Below are positions 25,186-32,000 of a stretch of 32,000 nt of DNA, one piece after another; within the stretch, counting starts at the first letter, position 1, and each line of letters opens with the position of its first letter. The notes beneath the pieces were generated by a model, which made no database searches, was not told the origin of the DNA, and saw only the letters and a list, made by a program, of their open reading frames with translations. Origin of the DNA: Fibrobacter succinogenes subsp. succinogenes S85. GTDB taxonomy: Bacteria; Fibrobacterota; Fibrobacteria; Fibrobacterales; Fibrobacteraceae. The DNA is taken from the NCBI RefSeq assembly GCF_000146505.1, contig NC_017448.1, positions 150,001 through 182,000 of the forward strand, given 5' to 3'. A program made the position numbers and the translations under genes.

Positions 25186-25203
25186 GAATTCTGTTTTTCG
25201 AGA

Positions 25204-25518
25204 TTAGAATGCGTCTGTTGCTGCTTCACTTGCTTCTGCAACAGCTTCTGCAGTCGGAGCAACTTCTGCAACGGATGCCTTTACGGCATCTGCAGTCACA
25301 TCATTTGCGCCCTTTTCCACCATCGTAAGCTTATGTTCCTTAAAACGGTTCATAGCAATCGTCGTCGGCTTTTGAGAAAGCTGAATGTAACCCGACTTGG
25401 CTTGATTGTTAATGAAGCGGGCTTCATGAGCCATCATGACAACGGCGCGGAAAACCGAGCCCTGGCATTCTTCACTAGCATAGATATCGTCAAGATAAAC
25501 TCTTTGAGATTCAGCCAT
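25204..25518 (-). CDS. rpoZ: DNA-directed RNA polymerase omega subunit-like protein
   Basis: Track ORF 25204-25659 runs through the tRNA, so I trimmed it to ATG 25518 (GAGG upstream). 104 aa. GSVFRAVVMMAHEARFINNQ and QKPTTIAMNRFKEHKL parallel E. coli omega NRFDLVLVAARRARQMQ and KTTVIALREIEEGLI. Ala/Glu-rich tail. Confidence 0.55.
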   Translation of the reverse strand: MAESQRVYLDDIYASEECQGSVFRAVVMMAHEARFINNQAKSGYIQLSQKPTTIAMNRFKEHKLTMVEKGANDVTADAVKASVAEVAPTAEAVAEASEAATDAF

Positions 25519-25541
25519 TAGGTACCTCGAAAAATTTTTAG

Positions 25542-25626
25542 AAGAGGGAGAGGGATTCGAACCCTCGTTACCGTAAGGTAAACACGCTTTCCAAGCGTGC
25601 GCCTTCAACCACTCGGCCATCCCTCC
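25542..25626 (-). tRNA. tRNA-Ser (anticodon GGA)
   Basis: Hand-folded 85 nt. Acceptor GGAGGGA/TCCCTCT (G1-U72), D-arm GCC-GAGTGGTTGAA-GGC. Anticodon stem CACGC/GCGTG with loop TTGGAAA. Long variable arm TTACC-TTAC-GGTAA. T-arm GAGGG-TTCGAAT-CCCTC. No encoded CCA. Confidence 0.9.
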
Positions 25627-25658
25627 GTTAGGATGACCTCCATTGAGGAGGTGCGCCA

Positions 25659-25687
25659 ATAATAACTTTTATTTTTTCGTTTGTCAA
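25659..25687 (-). promoter_or_regulatory. Consensus sigma70-type promoter for tRNA-Ser (and probably rpoZ)
   Basis: Minus strand reads TTGACA (25687-25682), a 17-nt spacer, then TATTAT (25664-25659). It sits ~33 nt upstream of the mature tRNA 5' end. Confidence 0.6.
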
Positions 25688-25761
25688 GGGTTTTGGGCTA
25701 AAAAATCAAAAAAAGTGAAATTTTTTAGGGATTTTAAGATTTTTTAGCCGCAAATATAGCC

Positions 25762-27456
25762 CTACAACTTGCTCAGCTCATCCCATACAACTTGCATCAA
25801 GGGTTCCAACGTTTTCGGTGTGAAATCGAACTTGATGTTTGCTGTTGCGAAGAGCTCTGGGATCGGACGGCTGCTGCCCAGGCTTTCGGCCTTGAACAAG
25901 TCGTCGATTGCCTTCTGCGGGTCCTTCTTGAAGTTTGCCCAGACCTGCAAAGCGCCAATCTGTGCGATGCCGTATTCAATATAGTAGAACGGGCATTCGA
26001 AGAGATGGAGCTGCTTTTGCCACAGGTTTCGGCGAACAGCTTCAAGTCCGGAGTAGTCCACCCCGGCATCGTAGCGATCCATGATTTCGCTCCAGATATC
26101 GCTTCTATCTTCGGCGGTATGTTCCGGGAAGTTGTACAGACGATGCTGGAAACTGTCGATACTTGCAACCCACGGGAATAGCCAAATCACGTCGGCGAGT
26201 TCGCCTTCGGTGCTACGGACTATCGCTTCATGGTCGTCGCCGTAGAACGGCTTCAGGTTCGACATGCCGATGAGTTCCATGCTCATGCTTGCGACTTCTG
26301 CAAATTCAGCAGGAACATCGCGGTATGCGAAAATCGGCTGGTTTGCGAGTGCAAACTGATGGAACGAATGACCGGATTCATGCAACAGCGTGTAAATGTC
26401 GCGGTCCGTATTCGCGGAGTTCATGAAAATGAAGGGGAGGCGGCTTTCGTCAAAACCGATTTGGTATCCGCCTGGAGCCTTGCCTAGTCTGGAATCCGGA
26501 TCGATAAGCTTTTTCGCCTGCATTTCACGAGCCCACTTGCCGGCTTGTGAATGAATGCTTTCAAAAATGGAATCGACTTTTTCAATAAGTTCATCGCCGC
26601 TCTGGTACGGCTTGAGTGGCGGCCTGCTCAGCGGGTCGACATCCAAGTCCCACGGGCGTAAACGTTCGAGTCCCATTTTCTTGGCGCGACGCTTGTACAT
26701 TTCCTTCTGCAACGGGAGTACAAACTTTTCGATGCTTTCGTGGAAAGCTTCGCAGTCAGCCGGAGTGTAGTCGAAACGGTGCTTTGCGAGGAAGATATAG
26801 TCAATGAAATCCTTGCAGTTTGCGTTCTTGGCAATCTGCTTACGGATTTCAAACAACTTATCGTAAGACTTGTCTAACGCTTCTTTGTCCTGGAGACGGC
26901 GGTTCCACATGGCTTTCCAGGCGCGTTCGCGAAGGTCTCGGTCGGTCTTTTCCATGTAGGCAGCGAGCTGCTGCATGGTCTTGACTTCGCCATCGAACTC
27001 AACGCTCATGCCACCGGTGATTTTCTGGTAGGCCTGAATCGCTTTATTCTCTTCGGTTTCAAGCGGAATGTTATCGGGGGAGAACAAGTCAAGAGAAACT
27101 TGCACGCCCTTAAGCCATTCACCGAATTCGCCCTTGAGTGCGTCCTTGGACGGGTGCGCCATCAGCTTCCGGTTCAGCTTGTCGTCGTATTCGATCATGA
27201 GTGGCTGAATATTTTCGACAAAGTCTGAATAAGCTTTGGCTGCTTTCTCGTCGCGGGTATCGCACGTCATAGCGACATAGCGTCGTGAACTCACTTCGCC
27301 AAGAACCGATTCCAGTTCGCTCCAATCTAGAATCCATTGACGGAGCTTTTCGACGTTTACAGGAATATCGCGCTGCAAAAGAGCGCGATATAGTTTAGAG
27401 ATTTCTTTTTCGTCATCCGGATTTAAATTCTCCGGAACAAAGTTGCGTTTTTTCAT
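25762..27456 (-). CDS. pepF: Oligoendopeptidase F family (M3B) metallopeptidase
   Basis: 564 aa. HESGHSFH zinc motif in M3-typical context (TLLHESGHSFHQF ... EVASMSMEL), and the length fits the M3B PepF-like group. Confidence 0.88.
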   Translation of the reverse strand: MKKRNFVPENLNPDDEKEISKLYRALLQRDIPVNVEKLRQWILDWSELESVLGEVSSRRYVAMTCDTRDEKAAKAYSDFVENIQPLMIEYDDKLNRKLMAHPSKDALKGEFGEWLKGVQVSLDLFSPDNIPLETEENKAIQAYQKITGGMSVEFDGEVKTMQQLAAYMEKTDRDLRERAWKAMWNRRLQDKEALDKSYDKLFEIRKQIAKNANCKDFIDYIFLAKHRFDYTPADCEAFHESIEKFVLPLQKEMYKRRAKKMGLERLRPWDLDVDPLSRPPLKPYQSGDELIEKVDSIFESIHSQAGKWAREMQAKKLIDPDSRLGKAPGGYQIGFDESRLPFIFMNSANTDRDIYTLLHESGHSFHQFALANQPIFAYRDVPAEFAEVASMSMELIGMSNLKPFYGDDHEAIVRSTEGELADVIWLFPWVASIDSFQHRLYNFPEHTAEDRSDIWSEIMDRYDAGVDYSGLEAVRRNLWQKQLHLFECPFYYIEYGIAQIGALQVWANFKKDPQKAIDDLFKAESLGSSRPIPELFATANIKFDFTPKTLEPLMQVVWDELSKL

Positions 27457-27462
27457 GTGTTA

Positions 27463-28140
27463 TTATTTAATAATTTTTCCGAGCCATTTGTTCACGAGAA
27501 GATCAAACAATCTGTCGCGGACGAGGTTCTGGAGCTTTTCGACATCTTCGGGCTTCACGTCTCTCTTGATTTCGAAGTCCTGAGAAACCGGTTCTCCACC
27601 TTCGGTAAGGGATACGTCAATAAAGCCAGCAATGCCGTAGTACGTGATTTGGTTAATCTTAAAGACGTTTGCGTCCAACGGGAATGCGGCGTTGAAGTGC
27701 AAGTCGTTGTCGCCCGGAGCAAGTCTGATGGTGTCCTTCAGCGTCAGAGGTACTGTGACGAGCGTATCAAACTTGATTTCGATCTGGAGCTTGTTGATCC
27801 ACAAGGTATCCTTGCCGGTGTTGTTGGCGTTCAAGTAAACGTCAAAGTTTGCATTACCGAGGTTCTTGTTGATGATGTTCTGGGACAAGTCCTTGACCAA
27901 CATAACGGCCTTCGGGTTCGGCAAGAAACCGTCCATTCCGTTATTCACGAGTTCCATAACGTCATCATAGACATCAACGTTATCGAAGGTGAGGTCCTTG
28001 TACTCCATTTTTGTCTCGATGAGGACTTTAGCTGCCTGAAGTTTTTTGATGAACGAGCAGCCGGTGAATGTCGTTGCCACAAGTGCGAATGCACCCGCAA
28101 CAGCGAACGATAAAGCGAAGCGTGAGAATTTGGTTTTCAT
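27463..28140 (-). CDS. Lipoprotein, possibly LEA_2/WHy-like beta-sandwich repeats
   Basis: 225 aa with lipobox TTFTGC|S and GGAG upstream. NFDVYLNANNTGKDTLWINKLQIEIKF resembles the LEA_2-type pattern (weak recall). 6-nt gap to pepF. Confidence 0.55.
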   Translation of the reverse strand: MKTKFSRFALSFAVAGAFALVATTFTGCSFIKKLQAAKVLIETKMEYKDLTFDNVDVYDDVMELVNNGMDGFLPNPKAVMLVKDLSQNIINKNLGNANFDVYLNANNTGKDTLWINKLQIEIKFDTLVTVPLTLKDTIRLAPGDNDLHFNAAFPLDANVFKINQITYYGIAGFIDVSLTEGGEPVSQDFEIKRDVKPEDVEKLQNLVRDRLFDLLVNKWLGKIIK

Positions 28141-28197
28141 ATTTATCTCCTTGTCTTTGTTCTTTATTATAATAAATTTATTTCCCCTTGTTCGGTT

Positions 28198-30780
28198 TTA
28201 TCTGAAATTCGTCAGCGTTTGTATAAGCTTTTGGACGTCTATCGGTTTTGCCAAATGGCCGTTCATACCTGCAGCAAGGGCGTTTTTCTTGTCTTCTTCA
28301 AAAGCGTTCGCAGTCATTGCGATAATTGGAACTTTGGACTTTTGCGGGTCTTCCAGTTTACGGATGGCCTTGGTCGCGTCATATCCGTTCATTCGGGGCA
28401 TCTGCACGTCCATCAAAATGAGATTGTAAGCCCCAGGGGGAGCCCTGCGCACTTTGTCGACTGCGATATCTCCGTCATTTGCTGTATCGACCACTAGACC
28501 GTTTTCTGTCAGGATTTCTTCGGCAATTTCGCGGTTCATTTCGTTGTCTTCGACGAGTAGCACCTTCATGTCCTTGAGCGGAATGGTTGTAACCGTTTTC
28601 TGCTCCGCAGTCTCGGGGCTGAGGTCCTTGCACCACTTCATCGGGATACTGACGGCAATCTTTGTCCCTTGCCCTTTCTTCGAGTCAATTTTGATAGTGC
28701 CGTTCATGATGTCCGTGAGCTTTTTCACGATTGTCATGCCAAGACCTGTGCCTTGGATGCGGCTTACCGTAGTGGAGCTTTCTCGTGTAAATTCATCGTA
28801 AATGTGTTCTATAAAGTCTGAGCTCATGCCGATGCCGGAATCTTCAACGACAAGTGTGTACATTCCGTAACCTTCACGGTCGCATTTTTCCTCTTCAAGC
28901 GTACACATGATTGAGCCGTTTTCGTTCGTGTACTTGATAGCGTTTCCGATAATGTTTGCTGCAATTTGGTTGATACGGTCGCTATCGATGAGGACCATCT
29001 TGTGCTCGAGGTTGGTAATTGTCGCTGTGAACAGGATCCCTTTAGTTTCGGCATGTGAACCATATGTTGTTGACAACGCCTTGATGACGTTTTCAAGATT
29101 GCATTTCTGTTCGCTCAGGATGATTTTCCCGGATTCAATGCGGGACATTTCAAGAACCTGGTTCACAAGTGATAAAAGCTGTTTCCCGGCAATGTCAATT
29201 TTATCTAGGTATTTCTTGATTGTTTCTTTTTCTTCGATGTGCTTTTTGGCCATCGCAGTAAAGCCCATGACTGCATTCATCGGTGTTCGGATATCGTGCG
29301 ACATGTTGAACAGGAATGTCGTCTTGGCGTTGCTTGCTTCGCGTGCGGCGTTCAATGCCTGAGAAAGCTTGCGGTTGGCTTCAATTTCTTTAGATTTTTC
29401 TGAGGTAATGTTTCTAAATAAAATAATTCCTTTGTAGACAACATCTTTCTTGACTTCAACGGGAATATAAACCATAGTGATGTATTCTTTTTTCCCATTG
29501 GGTTTTGTGCTACAGAATACAACACTTGGAATATAGTTGAGGACCTTGCGTTCCTTGATGGTGACGTTGAAGAAAGTCCTAAAATCATCACCGTTCTGCA
29601 TGTCGTCGTTGTATTGGATAAAACCTTCTACGAGATTATCAAGTTGCCCAGTCTTAGGGAACGGCATTGGCTTAATAGACAGGTCTTCGAAGGTGCCGTT
29701 TTCGGCGTCAACGTAAATCATGGCCCTTGCGATTGCATTTTCAGCCTTGGCGATGTAGTTTGCAAGCCTGTTCTGACGTGCTTCGTTGCGCCTAATCAGG
29801 AGCTGCACAATCATCAGGTAGATGATGTAGCCTGCAAATATGAGGATAAGCAAGGCCTGTAACATTCGGCCAGCTTGAATGCCCATAGAATAGAGGCTTC
29901 TAGACGCTTCTGTCGGAAAGTTTGAATAAACGCTCAGTGGAACTGTACGTAGTGGTGCGATGTAGCCTTGAATCTCATCGGTGTTCCCGTTGAACTTGTA
30001 GCTGGACGGGGTTCTAGTTGCATAAGCGCGGATAATGTTGTTTCTGTTTTCTTCGTCAAATTTTGAGGTGTACAGGAATTTTCTGAAATTGTCTTTGGAA
30101 AGTCCTTGAATTGAAGTTTGTTGCATTTTCATGGATTCAAGGGCGATAAGGCTTTTGCCTTCTGTATTTACGATTCCGGCAGATGCGTGTGCGCCGTAGA
30201 CTTTGTAGTCTAGGAACCTCTTGATTGAATTTTCGTCAAACGAGGTAGAGAGGATGCCGACAATTTTTCCTTGAATGTAGACGGGGGCGTAGAACAAAAT
30301 GTACGCCATGGACGTATTTGTGGGCATCATGACGAATATGCCGCTATTGCCTTTTATGCCGTCGGTGAAATACCACTTGTTGCCGGAATAGACCTTTTCT
30401 CCGGTTGTTTTTAAAGTCATTCCGCTGGAATCAGTAAAGTTCAAGTGGTCAAACTGGATCATCTTTTCTAATTCTGCCAGGAAAACAGAGTTCATTTGGC
30501 CGTCTCGGATATCGTTGGAGCTGAGTTTGGCGAGGGCTTCGACCGATTTGAGCGAGTTCGAGAAAATATCGTCCAGCTTGTTTGCCATGGCTAGGGTTAT
30601 ATCTTTGATATAGTCCCTGTTTCGAGCCATGACGGCAGCCTTGTCTTCGGCTTGGAACGCAGCGAAGGCTTGAATGACTAAATAGACAACAAGTATAAGG
30701 GGAGCGAACCTTATAACCGAATGCTTTAATCTTTTTTCCTTATGTTTGTATTTTGTAAAAAACTGCACGATGCTCCCCAA
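28198..30780 (-). CDS. Hybrid sensor histidine kinase / response regulator (Cache-like sensor, HisKA, HATPase, REC)
   Basis: 860 aa with TTG start at 30780 (alternative GTG 4 codons in). Two TM helices flank a periplasmic domain. H-box [39 protein letters not shown]...LILMDVQMPRMNG...AMTANAF. Confidence 0.9.
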   Translation of the reverse strand: MGSIVQFFTKYKHKEKRLKHSVIRFAPLILVVYLVIQAFAAFQAEDKAAVMARNRDYIKDITLAMANKLDDIFSNSLKSVEALAKLSSNDIRDGQMNSVFLAELEKMIQFDHLNFTDSSGMTLKTTGEKVYSGNKWYFTDGIKGNSGIFVMMPTNTSMAYILFYAPVYIQGKIVGILSTSFDENSIKRFLDYKVYGAHASAGIVNTEGKSLIALESMKMQQTSIQGLSKDNFRKFLYTSKFDEENRNNIIRAYATRTPSSYKFNGNTDEIQGYIAPLRTVPLSVYSNFPTEASRSLYSMGIQAGRMLQALLILIFAGYIIYLMIVQLLIRRNEARQNRLANYIAKAENAIARAMIYVDAENGTFEDLSIKPMPFPKTGQLDNLVEGFIQYNDDMQNGDDFRTFFNVTIKERKVLNYIPSVVFCSTKPNGKKEYITMVYIPVEVKKDVVYKGIILFRNITSEKSKEIEANRKLSQALNAAREASNAKTTFLFNMSHDIRTPMNAVMGFTAMAKKHIEEKETIKKYLDKIDIAGKQLLSLVNQVLEMSRIESGKIILSEQKCNLENVIKALSTTYGSHAETKGILFTATITNLEHKMVLIDSDRINQIAANIIGNAIKYTNENGSIMCTLEEEKCDREGYGMYTLVVEDSGIGMSSDFIEHIYDEFTRESSTTVSRIQGTGLGMTIVKKLTDIMNGTIKIDSKKGQGTKIAVSIPMKWCKDLSPETAEQKTVTTIPLKDMKVLLVEDNEMNREIAEEILTENGLVVDTANDGDIAVDKVRRAPPGAYNLILMDVQMPRMNGYDATKAIRKLEDPQKSKVPIIAMTANAFEEDKKNALAAGMNGHLAKPIDVQKLIQTLTNFR

Positions 30781-30949
30781 TTATCCATTATCTATAAAAA
30801 ATATAAACTATATAAATCCAAATAATTATGGTGTTTTTGCGAAAAAAATGGAAAAATGAAAATAAGTGACAAATTTCAAAATTTTTCCGAATTTTTACAT
30901 CATGTTGTTTCTTTTCCGCGAAAAAAATGTAATTTTCTTGTTAGTCAAT

Positions 30950-30966
30950 TATTCCAAATTGGAATA
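30950..30966. promoter_or_regulatory. Perfect inverted repeat TATTCCAA-a-TTGGAATA, candidate PadR operator
   Basis: 8-nt arms with a 1-nt centre, ending 22 nt upstream of the padR ATG (30989). PadR-family regulators commonly autoregulate through palindromes. Confidence 0.4.
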
Positions 30967-30988
30967 CTAGCAAAATCAAGGAATTTAA

Positions 30989-31585
30989 ATGAACCGTTAC
31001 GATCTTGTATTGCTCGGCCTCATTCTGGAACATGAACGCAGTGGGTACGATATAATCACGGAAATTCGTGATCGTGAACTCGACCGCTGGGCGAAGATTA
31101 GCACATCGACCGTTTATAACAGACTGATAACGCTCGAAAAGAACGAGTGCATCGTCGGTCATTCGGAACGCGACGGAAACCGCCCGGAACGCATGGTGTT
31201 CAACATCACGGACAAGGGTAGGGAAGTGCTGCGCAAGGAAGTCCTCAAGCATTTGACCGGATTCAACGACGATCCGCGTACGCTTGGTTTTGCTTTCCTT
31301 TACGGTGCCGAAAACAAGGAAGTTATCCGCACGCTCGAAGTACATGAACGTAGACTGGTTCAGGAAATCGAAAATCTTGAAAAGATGATTGCCGAAGAAC
31401 CGCGCCCGACGCTTTACCCGGAGGGACCGTTCCTTAACTGCATGAGCCGTGACCACATCTTGGTGGAACTCAAGTACGTGCGTGCCGCTATCGGCATTTT
31501 GCGCGACCCGGTCCGCAGCAAGAAACTCGGCGGATACTTCTATATCAATTTCGGTAACCGCGATTTCGAAAAGTTTGATGAGTAG
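30989..31585 (+). CDS. PadR-family transcriptional regulator
   Basis: 198 aa. N-terminal winged helix YDLVLLGLILEHERSGYDIITEIRDRELDRWAKISTSTVYNRLITLEKNECI is typical of PadR, followed by a C-terminal dimerisation extension. Confidence 0.85.
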   Translation: MNRYDLVLLGLILEHERSGYDIITEIRDRELDRWAKISTSTVYNRLITLEKNECIVGHSERDGNRPERMVFNITDKGREVLRKEVLKHLTGFNDDPRTLGFAFLYGAENKEVIRTLEVHERRLVQEIENLEKMIAEEPRPTLYPEGPFLNCMSRDHILVELKYVRAAIGILRDPVRSKKLGGYFYINFGNRDFEKFDE

Positions 31586-31587
31586 AG

Positions 31588-31717
31588 TTTAGACGAAAGA
31601 ACGGGCTTACGCCCTACAGACTAGAGACGAAAGAGAAAAAATGGCGCTTCGCGCTAGTAAAAACATTGGTTAAATGAATTACTTTCTCTCGTCTCTCGTC
31701 TCTCAGCTCTCGTCTAA
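31588..31717. repeat. Imperfect long inverted repeat of GAGACGA/TCGTCTC words downstream of padR
   Basis: Left arm is TTTAGACGAAAGA...CTAGAGACGAAAGAGAAA (31588-31638). Right arm is TTTCTCTCGTCTCTCGTCTCTCAGCTCTCGTCTAA (31683-31717). The spacer contains GCGCTTCGCGC. Confidence 0.5.
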
Positions 31718-31747
31718 TTTCTAAATTTACCCCGCAAAAGTTTTAAC

Positions 31748-31794
31748 GGTTTCTGATAGGGTTCCTAACCACTAATCACCAACCACGAATCACT
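31748..31794 (+). repeat. GGTTTCTGWTAGG + ACTAA-word intergenic repeat, copy 2
   Basis: GGTTTCTGATAGGGTTCCTAACCACTAATCACCAACCACGAATCAC. Compare 12859-12921. Confidence 0.5.
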
Positions 31795-31826
31795 TTTTAC
31801 AACACCCCCTCTCTAACGGAGATACA

Positions 31827-32000
31827 ATGGCTACAAAAACAGTGAAGAAGAGCGCTGCAAAGAAGGCCCCGGCAAAGAAGACCGCTAAGGTCGCTGCCCC
31901 GAAGTATGGCTACTTTGATGACGCTGCAAAAGAATACGTGCTCACCACCCCGGCTACCCCGATCAAGTGGTGCAACTACGTCGGTACTCTCAACTTCGGC
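31827..32000 (+). CDS. GH94 cellobiose/cellodextrin phosphorylase, first 58 codons (continues beyond window end)
   Basis: Manual translation: MATKTVKKSAAKKAPAKKTAKVAAPKYGYFDDAAKEYVLTTPATPIKWCNYVGTLNFG. YGYFDD..(R/K)EYV(I/L)T.P.TP..W.NY(L/V)G is the N-terminal signature I recall for GH94 phosphorylases. GGAGA lies 6 nt upstream of the ATG. Confidence 0.7.
   Translation, partial: MATKTVKKSAAKKAPAKKTAKVAAPKYGYFDDAAKEYVLTTPATPIKWCNYVGTLNFG

Noticed and set aside
25519-25659. N-terminal 47 codons of track ORF 25204-25659
   Set aside because: This part reads straight through the tRNA-Ser gene (MAEWLKAHAWKA... is the translated tRNA). I trimmed the CDS to ATG 25518, which has its own RBS.
30941-31456. 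171-aa minus-strand ORF
   Set aside because: Antisense to padR, which carries a typical PadR winged-helix N-terminus and an RBS.
1-32000. Avoidance of CTGCAG (the PstI/BsuBI site) as a clue to specificity
   Set aside because: By eye I counted about a dozen CTGCAG sites, for example 5292, 7056, 9669, 12287, 15685, 19383, 19917, 21127, 25248, 25290 and 28269. About 8 would be expected by chance, so there is no depletion. This says nothing about specificity, because a resident methylase protects its sites.
1-32000. CRISPR arrays, rRNA genes, prophage or conjugation genes
   Set aside because: I saw no regularly spaced direct repeats of 24-40 nt, no rRNA-like conserved blocks, and no capsid, terminase, relaxase or T4SS-like translations in the ORF track.

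Overview
This 32-kb chromosomal window looks like a Fibrobacter (F. succinogenes-like) genome. Supporting evidence: a Fibrobacter 'major paralogous domain' lipoprotein, GH9, GH43 and GH94 fibre-degrading enzymes, secreted proteins ending in basic FDxLG[RN] tails, and several families of short intergenic repeat words. Housekeeping content: pyruvate:ferredoxin oxidoreductase nifJ (6238-9807, minus), class II fructose-bisphosphate aldolase, oligoendopeptidase F, tRNA-Ser(GGA) followed by an rpoZ-like gene, an OmpA/DUF4398-like pair, two hybrid histidine kinases, an HD-GYP response regulator and a PadR regulator. The only clearly accessory segment is 2051-6861. There an AT-rich 3.5-kb cassette (N6-adenine methyltransferase, BsuBI/PstI-family endonuclease, one orphan ORF) sits exactly at the 3' end of nifJ. 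It is bracketed by two direct copies (~0.6 kb) of the nifJ 3' end. The copies differ at 27 of 592 nt but at only 2 amino acids, and no integrase or transposase is present. I read this as a recombinase-less R-M islet acquired by homology-driven (Campbell-type, long-target-duplication) insertion together with a foreign nifJ allele fragment. This is the most interesting thing I can support; I cannot show that it is a truly new kind of system. Secondary observations: a ~96-nt repeat element with conserved ends and a covarying hairpin (one copy disrupts the nifJ remnant), a GTCAT...ATCC hairpin repeat family (3 copies), a translationally coupled papain-like peptidase + FGase-family amidohydrolase pair, a consensus sigma70-type promoter driving tRNA-Ser and probably rpoZ, a perfect palindrome in front of padR, and a Lys/Ala-rich N-terminal extension on a GH94 phosphorylase. 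I found no CRISPR array, rRNA, IS element, integrase or prophage genes. The long ORFs opposite nifJ, GH43, fba and other genes are antisense shadows.
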